Under the pieces are notes generated by a model, which worked only from the letters and a program-made list of their open reading frames with translations, made no database searches and was not told the DNA's origin. A program made the translations under genes and the position numbers. A DNA stretch of 58,984 nt, the filler included, from Bipalium vagum (Eukaryota), in NCBI GenBank assembly GCA_037834085.1. It is 3 parts of 3 records of this genome, joined end to end, with 100 filler letters (N's around TTAATTAATTAA, not from the genome) between each part and the next. Parts side by side here need not be neighbours in the genome. Positions count along the whole stretch, not along the records: positions 41,710 to 58,984 come from JBBMKC010072993.1; 2 more parts are not named here. One strand, written 5' to 3'. Below are positions 51,721 to 58,984 of the stretch, piece by piece (position 1 is the first letter of the stretch; each line of letters begins with the position of its first letter).

Positions 51721-52195
51721 TTGTAATCTAAACAATATTATTGATATTTTACCGCATGAAGTAAATGATTATAGGTACACAAGGTTTCATTTTAATATTA
51801 TTTTTCCTTTTATAAAACACAATGAAAGTACTACCCTCTTGTACTAAAGTACTACTTAAGGAAATTATTTTTTTAGCTGTAATGCTTCACCTGAAATAAA
51901 AAAGCCTAAAATATATATTATAGAAAAAAGGTTAATTGTTGAAGCTCTACAAGAAACTTCAAAATAACTCGACCAGTATCAATAAAAGGTTCAAACATTT
52001 CAATTTATTTAAAGGACAACTAACGATGTGCACAGAAACATCAGATTAAAGAAATTAGAAATTTAATTTTTATATTTTAGTTAAAATTTAATTAATAAAC
52101 TTATCTGGATCACATTTAATTTTCTCATGCACTGTCCTAATTTATTTTGAAATTACATATTTAATGTTATTCCTTCATTTAATTTATTACTTAAG

Positions 52196-52267
52196 TAAAA
52201 TGATAATATAATATCAAATATAATAATTAATTAAAATGATAATATAATATCAAATATAATAATTAAT
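52196..52267. repeat. 36-bp perfect tandem duplication
   Basis: TAAAATGATAATATAATATCAAATATAATAATTAAT x2. Confidence 0.9.
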
Positions 52268-53718
52268 TAAAAATTAAAAATCCACCAAATTGGTTACATT
52301 AGTTCCAAATTATAAATTAAAAATAGAAACATAAATCCTTATAAATATGAATTGTCTTGGAAATGTTACTAATTTAAGTAACAATACCAATTAGAAATGG
52401 ACACTAAATTAATTCAAATATATTCTCAAAACATAATGAAGAAATGGTATAAATATTCCGTCTAAATTGCAAGGACGCTTAGTAAACTGCACAAAATATT
52501 ATAGACAAGAAGAAACCCGAAAATTCTCATCATCATTAGACTAAGATATCAAATGGTTTCACTTGTATTTAACAGAAAATCGTCAATTTTAAAATTCATT
52601 GTTGTTTAGTCTCAACTTTTATTGAACCGAGAAAATAAAACTATTATTTCAGACTTCAACTTTGTTTATCTGAATAGAGATATTACAGTTAATAATAAAT
52701 TAACATTATTAATTATTAATAATACATATATAATAAACCTTTTGTACATCCTATATGATAAGGCTCTATTTTCTTTATTATATTCTTCTGATCAGTCGTG
52801 TACTTTTATTTATTTGTATTATTACTTTGTGTATTACTTTTATCTTTATAGCTTTTGTATTTATACTTAGTAAACATTCTTTTCTCGTAATTAAAACAAG
52901 AAAGTGGTTAGAATCGCTTAAAATAATATTTACGTCAGAAATATGCTTGAATATTATATCTTCAATAAACGTATTTGTAACAGGTACATTGGGGTTTTTA
53001 ATTTATTTGCTTCATATTATTTAAAAGTTATGTTAAGGTAAAAAAATCATATAATAAAATTTTTAAAAATGAAAAAAAAATAATTGATAAAAAGAGTTTG
53101 TAAATAAAATTAATAAATATGGAAATTAATTATCTATTTTATAACTATTATTTTCTATTTATAGATTATCCTAAATTTATTGATATCGGAAGTCTCGACG
53201 ACAAGTTTACCTTTTATAATAAACAATTCATATAATGATCTATTATTTGATAATTTTAAAGATAAGAAAATAAATAAAATTAAATATAAAATATTTTCGA
53301 ATGAAAATTTTATTTTATGTTATATAGTCTTTGAGTTTTTGAAAATTTTGTTTTAATTATTTCTTGTCGCAGTGTGTGGTTTGTGACCATAGATGTCTGC
53401 CCGTGACTCAGAGAAACGTCATTGCGAAAATAAATATAAATAATACATTTTCCGAAATATTAGGCATTATTTTATATTTATAAATAGTATATAATGACAA
53501 ATATACATATTTCATGTGTTATACTCAGTGTGTTTTATATTTAATAATATTAATATTAATAATATTATTTAATAATAATTTTAATAATATTTATAATTAA
53601 TAATATTTCAGTTATGATTGTTTAATAAGAAATTTTTATTAACAGCTCTAAGATACTCTTTTTTATAATATAAATGTCTTCATATTTCCAATAGACCATC
53701 AATACATTTTTTCCTATA

Positions 53719-54200
53719 TACAGTGTGCGTTTGATAAATTGGCAAAAAGATGTTGTTTTTGTAAGAAAATAAAAATATTGTTAAACAAAACAAATTCTTA
53801 ATAAATAATAATAATATATTTTAATAATATATTAAATAATATATTTAAAGTAAAAAGGACGATCATTAATTATTGATATGTTCAAAATAATTGCTTCAAC
53901 TGGACCTCGAAATCTGAAGCAAGCTTTAACCAGGTTTAACCTTATCCAGTGACAAATTCTTTGCTAATCTTTACTTTTAAAGACCCAATAGTCGAATTAG
54001 GCTCATTATTAACATCTCTTTTGTAAAAGCTCCACAAATAATAATCTAAAGAATTAATATCTAGTGAGCTAGGAGGCCACATATCCTTTTGCCAGAACTC
54101 AGGAGCATTAGCCGGGGGAAAATCTTGAATTCTCTTGGCCTTATGTGCGGGTTTGCCGTCTTCATGCCGAAAGTTAAACCTCTGAATTCAATTTTATTGA
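53719..54200 (-). mobile_element. maT (D,D37D) transposon 3' end with TIR
   Basis: EDGKPAHKAKRIQ...FWQKDMWPPSSLDINSLDYYLW, with 37 residues between the two Asp; TA-CAGTGTG terminal at about 53719. Confidence 0.85.
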
Positions 54201-55929
54201 GGGTTAACATTGACTGATATTAATAAAATTATGAAAAGGATAGAGGTTTCATGTTATAGAAGATTCAAATATGATGAGACAATATCAGGAAAACATAAAA
54301 GAGAAGAGAAGTCTAGAAGTACATTTTTACATCTAACTATTGTTCGGAGAAGACTTAATCGATGAACGAAATAAAAAATTAATTTGAATCCTCAAGGTAT
54401 ATCAAATTCATGTTTAGACCTTATGAGAAATTCTGGAATTCTAATTGATTTTAAAGACTTTTTATTCATAAAAATCGTTCAGCCTTAACATTAATAATTT
54501 TTCATCATGTGTTCACATTAAATCTATATGGATTATGTATAACAATCTTTTTGAAGAAGAGTTTGAAGACATATCTTGCATGTTAATAAAAAGATATCAT
54601 GAAATTGGCGCAGAGGCTTAGGAAAAAAGTTAAAACGCTTCTATCAGACATTTTATTCTTCAATAAATTATTAAACCCAAAGGTCGGCTAATAAACAAAT
54701 TTTGTCGGCTATGGTGTAAGCTAAAAGATTTCACACATTACATCCTACTTAAAAATGATCCTCTGGGAAACATACGTTAATAATGAGCTTGGGAAAAGAA
54801 ATTAAAACAAATCTGATAACGAAGATTAAAATTCAATAATTTTTGTAGATAAACTTTCACTAAAATAAATTAAATTTTTCTTAATACAATTAAAAATTCA
54901 AAAACGATTTTTAAAAAAGTTAAAGTTATTCTTTATCAGATGAAAAGAATTTTTTTCTAGAATTTTTAGAAAAAATCGAATTTATAATTAATGAAAATAT
55001 AAAATGGAAAGGGCATTTAATTTTAGAATTAAATGAAAAAAGAAAATTATTTTTACAAACAATTTCAAAATCTGAAAGAAACTCTAATTCTTTTGTTACG
55101 AATTGTTTATATTTGATATTCTTTTTAATGATTAAAAGCAATTGGTGGAAAGCAATTCAACCACAATTAATTTTTAATTCATAATGGAAATGTCTATTCA
55201 AAATGAAGATATTTAGAAATAATTGATGAAGAAATAATATAAAATAATTAATTTACAATCACTGTTTGACAATTTTTTGTCCATGGAAAACTTTTCTTGT
55301 TTATCTTTTATATTTTATTTTCGATTTTCAGATTGCGCTTACTTCAAAATTTTAAAATGAAATTAATTTTTTTCGAAAAATTCAGTCAATAAATAAAAGA
55401 AAAAAAATTATAATTTATTTTATTTATTTGAAAATTACACAAATAAAATAAATTGTTATCAAAATTTTCAATTTAAGTCTCATTTCTCTTTCTGAAATGG
55501 ATTTTAAATGAAAATAGATCATTATTCAATAAATTATTATTGATTTCTGAAATTGAATTGAAAAGTAAATAAATCAATGTTCAAAAAATTATTATTGATT
55601 TTGAAATAGGATTCAAAATACTGAGACTAAATTTTATTTGTTAGGACTTTTTTTTGGAAGATTTTTTTTGGACCAATCCCAAGGCTGTCTGGTATTGGAA
55701 TTATAAATTTCAAAAAATTGATAGAAATGGTGCTCTAATTTTTATATTTATGTTAAGAGAAGATTTTCATTTCTTGTTTAAAATTAAAATCTATTTATAA
55801 GAATATTTATTAATTACATTAATTAGTAATAAAAACAATTTTAATTAAAATATTCCAACTTGCAACAGGTAAGTTACTTAAATAGGTAAAGTTACACTTA
55901 CGACATTCAAGACATTTTGAGACAATTTA

Positions 55930-56270
55930 TCATAAATTTCCATTTCATGGAAATCAGGGTTTCTGGACTCAAAAGACGGAAGAATGCGTTTGAACGACAC
56001 TTTGGTTCCAAAACATCTTATTATTTAGAAATGTATCTATATGTCTGATCATATGATAATAAATTGCCTACTTACTACAGAAGCCAGTCTTATACGGTCA
56101 TCATTTTCAATGCTGAAGGTACCACTTGAATTTCTGAGAATGTCTTTGTGCTAACTCTCGCTTAAAGAACCAGCACCCAATGAGATATTAATATTTCTAG
56201 TTGCCTCTAATGAATTATAACGAAGCTTGAATAAATGAAGAATGTAAATTCGGACATGTTGTTCAACCAT
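55930..56270 (-). mobile_element. mariner N-terminal relic
   Basis: HVRIYILHLFKLRYNSLEATRNINISLGAGSLSES...FSIENDDR. Confidence 0.65.
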
Positions 56271-56365
56271 GTACTGGAAAATGTAAAACAGTAACGTGCA
56301 ATTTAATTTGAACTGCTTACTTTCAGAATTATATGAACAAGTAAAATTGGAACTTCAGCTTAATA

Positions 56366-57000
56366 TATTAGGTTGCTCCAAAAATAGTATTATGTCTTGT
56401 CAGTCATTTATTAGACGTTATTTTAACAATGTGTGTATTTTGTTTAAAGCTTTAATTTATATCGTCCTAAAGCTCACATTTCAATCTACATTTGTGTGAA
56501 TTTCATTTTTAAGGTTATCTGAAAAATGAGTTGAATAATTATAGAACTTAATATGGAAAAAAAAGAGCAATTTACTTTTACGAATTTAAACTGGGCCATA
56601 AAGGAGCGGAAGCCAGTTGTAACATCAACTTGTTTTTAAAGAAAGAAAAAAGGAAAATCTATGCTAGATGGAGATGAAACGCTCTAAGATTGGGAAGACA
56701 ATCATCAAAACTATCATCGAAAAGAACAAATTTAGAGTTATAGTGGAGGCTAATTCATGTATATGATTTCTCCATTGCATCAATTTAGACCTTTGGAAGA
56801 AATTAATAAATCAAAACGGTGAAAAAGTTGGTTTTTCACCCATTGAATGAAAACTAAAGAAATCAACGATTTGAAGTTGATTCTACGCTGATTTTAGGTT
56901 GCAATAATGATCGACCACATTGTAACTTGCAATGAAAAGTTGTGTATGTATAACAGTCGGGAGGCACAGCTTAGTGATTAGACCATGATCAAATTGCACA
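56366..57000 (+). mobile_element. mariner relic with left TIR
   Basis: TATTAGGTTG TIR start, YEFKLGHKGAEASCNIN and IVTCNEKLCMYN (IVTCDEKWxxYDN). Confidence 0.75.
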
Positions 57001-57400
57001 ACATTATCAGTTGACTTAAGCATTAATGTTTCTGGTTTATTTCCTTGATTTGCTGGATGTACTTTCAATCCGTAATAATTTCATTTTAAAAGTTCGAATT
57101 GAACAATTATTTCGCTTGTGACCTATCATTATCTATCTTATATTTACAACTTTGAAAATACCGTGAACCTTGATTATGATCTAACCAGTGACCATAGAAT
57201 TTCATAAACAGAATCCTTTCTCGTTCAAACGTTCGAGAAACAATTCGTTATTCTGTAAAAAAGCAAACAATACGATCACCCATTTCCAGTTTTTTTCACT
57301 TGTTCCAATAAATCATATTTCCCTTCTATTTCAATTGAAAGCAAAATTTTTGTGGAATAAATTTTTGCTTAACATAAAACGGTACTTCACATTCATAAAA
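57000..57400 (-). mobile_element. mariner relic
   Basis: FYGHWLDH and EIITD*KYIQQIKEINQK (QWLD..., TITxEKYCQQIDEMHxKL). Confidence 0.5.
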
Positions 57401-58259
57401 ATCATCGATAATATTTAATTATTTTTTCAATTTATAATTTAATAATGCAATATAATTTAATTTATATTTTAGTAGTCGACTGCCATAATTGTTTATAATT
57501 ACTGAATAAGTAATTAAATTATTTTTATTAACTAATTTTATTAAGCTATTAACATCGATGACAAGGATTTATCCAAAAGCTACGATAAATTACGGAGCGG
57601 CATACTTTCCCGACCGCCGAAGACAAATATCATTATCAAATGAAACCCAAACAAATGATTATGGTATAATGGAAAATGTTCCAATGAATAATTACCGGAT
57701 ATTTATTAAATATTATTAAAACAACTTTATAGGAATTATACTTCACTTTTAAATCCAATTATTGTGCAATGAAAACAAAGCAAAGAATGTGCTGATCTTT
57801 AATTGTATTGTTATTTGGAAAATATATGACTGAACGAAATAGAGCCATAAATATTTCTATATAAGGATATATTCGATTATTCCGTCAAATATATTTAAAT
57901 AATAAAAATAATAAAAACAGTGAATAATATTTTTAGAAAAATAAAATTAATTAATAAAAAAAATATTTCCAGTTTTTCAAGTCTCTTCGTTGTTTGATTG
58001 AGCAGATAACGGAAAGAGAAGATCTGATAAAAGTCATGCCAAAGACGGAAAAATAAAAATTTGTGTAAAAACGAAAAAAAATCATTAGACAGAGAACGGG
58101 TTTATTTATTTATTTTTAGTAATAATATAAAAATGAAAATTTCAAAGGAAATTCTGAAATGTTCCAAATGGAGAAGAAAAGTAAAATTGGGAGATTTATT
58201 TTTTAAAGATATTTTCCTTTTTTTTGGTTAATTTTTTTTTTAAAACTTTTTTAATAGTG

Positions 58260-58640
58260 AAAATATTGTCTCTTGAAACAAAGAGGCAAAGTTGATATCC
58301 GTCAAATTTTTGCTGGAATCTGTCAAACAATGAAATACATAAATTCTCAAAGACTTGTCAGCTATTTTACAATATTATACACATTGATAAAGGTGTTCTA
58401 AATTGCCATTGGGATTGATGAAAACAAAACAAACAATGTTTTACTTGCAAGCTTTTGATTTGTTTTTGAATAGCCTGAAGGAGACATTGTTATACTTTAA
58501 AATTTCCTGAGAGTACATATTATAGCATTTGACAATGGGCGGAGAAAATTTTCTTAAACAGTTCACGATGCTGTTATATTCTGAAAAGAAATTCAATGAA
58601 ATTCAATGAAAAATAAAACCAATACCCTCGTAAATATATT
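58260..58640 (+). mobile_element. MULE/Mutator transposase relic
   Basis: IAIGIDENKTNNVLLASF*FVFE*..NFLRVHI resembles the MULE block LLxAxGxDxNNxxxPLAFAxVxxE..WFL. Confidence 0.5.
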
Positions 58641-58907
58641 TATACCGACACATCGCCAAGATGGACACAACGTCAAAATTTATATCGTCTATAATTTCTG
58701 AAAAATGGCACTTGGTTTGGTTGATTTTCTCTAAGCATTTGGGATATTTTTCTGCAGAACTGTATTTAAAAGGTTTATTTAATCCATTAAAAAAATTGAA
58801 AATTATTTATTTTCTAAATTAAATAGAAGTATATTTGTGCGATGAAAGATTTTATGGGTTTTCTGGCGTGTTTTCATTGTTTAATTTATTATATTTTTTC
58901 AAATAAT

Positions 58908-58984
58908 TACAGGGTGGCTCAAAAGTAACTTAATGATTTTAAATAATAGTAAAAAGTAAATATTCCAGACAATTATTTATTTTG
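58908..58984. mobile_element. Tc1/mariner-type TIR at window end
   Basis: TA-CAGGGTGGCTCAAAAGTAAC, similar to the TIR at 49497. Confidence 0.45.

Noticed and set aside
58261-58400. Protein-kinase-like segment (RQIFAGICQTMKYINSQRLV)
   Set aside because: No HRD or DFG motif; the downstream in-frame sequence fits MULE transposase better.
1-58984. Prokaryotic-type systems (CRISPR array, operons, defence islands, rRNA/tRNA)
   Set aside because: The DNA is eukaryotic and intron-containing. I saw no repeat-spacer arrays and no recognisable rRNA or tRNA cloverleaf.

Overview
Very AT-rich animal (eukaryotic) genomic DNA, not prokaryotic. It has spliceosomal GT-AG introns of 47-53 nt minimal size, (AAT)n microsatellites and dense transposon relics; a free-living flatworm/planarian-like source is a guess only. 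The window is three contigs (1-21944, 22045-41609, 41710-58984) joined by two identical artificial 100-nt spacers (N44-TTAATTAATTAA-N44), so adjacency across the spacers is not established. Contig 1 holds a complete 14-exon EDEM3 gene on + (2094-11309, 869 aa by my exon sum: signal peptide, GH47 mannosidase domain, intermediate and PA domains, no C-terminal KDEL) and one unexplained exon-like open frame near 15.3-15.7 kb. Contig 2 holds the last three exons of a WDR86-like WD40 gene on - (34448-27920), with introns full of decayed Tc1/mariner elements and a decayed Ty3/Gypsy pol. Contig 3 is almost entirely transposon relics (mariner, Tc1, maT D,D37D, rosa-like, hAT-like, MULE). I found no convincing novel multi-gene system. 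The best leads are a candidate alternative acceptor giving a PA-less or NMD-targeted EDEM3 isoform, the KDEL-less EDEM3 C-terminus, a 24-bp-phased CCACG cluster behind EDEM3, and orphan exon-like frames. All family assignments are from motif recognition by eye; no database searches were run.
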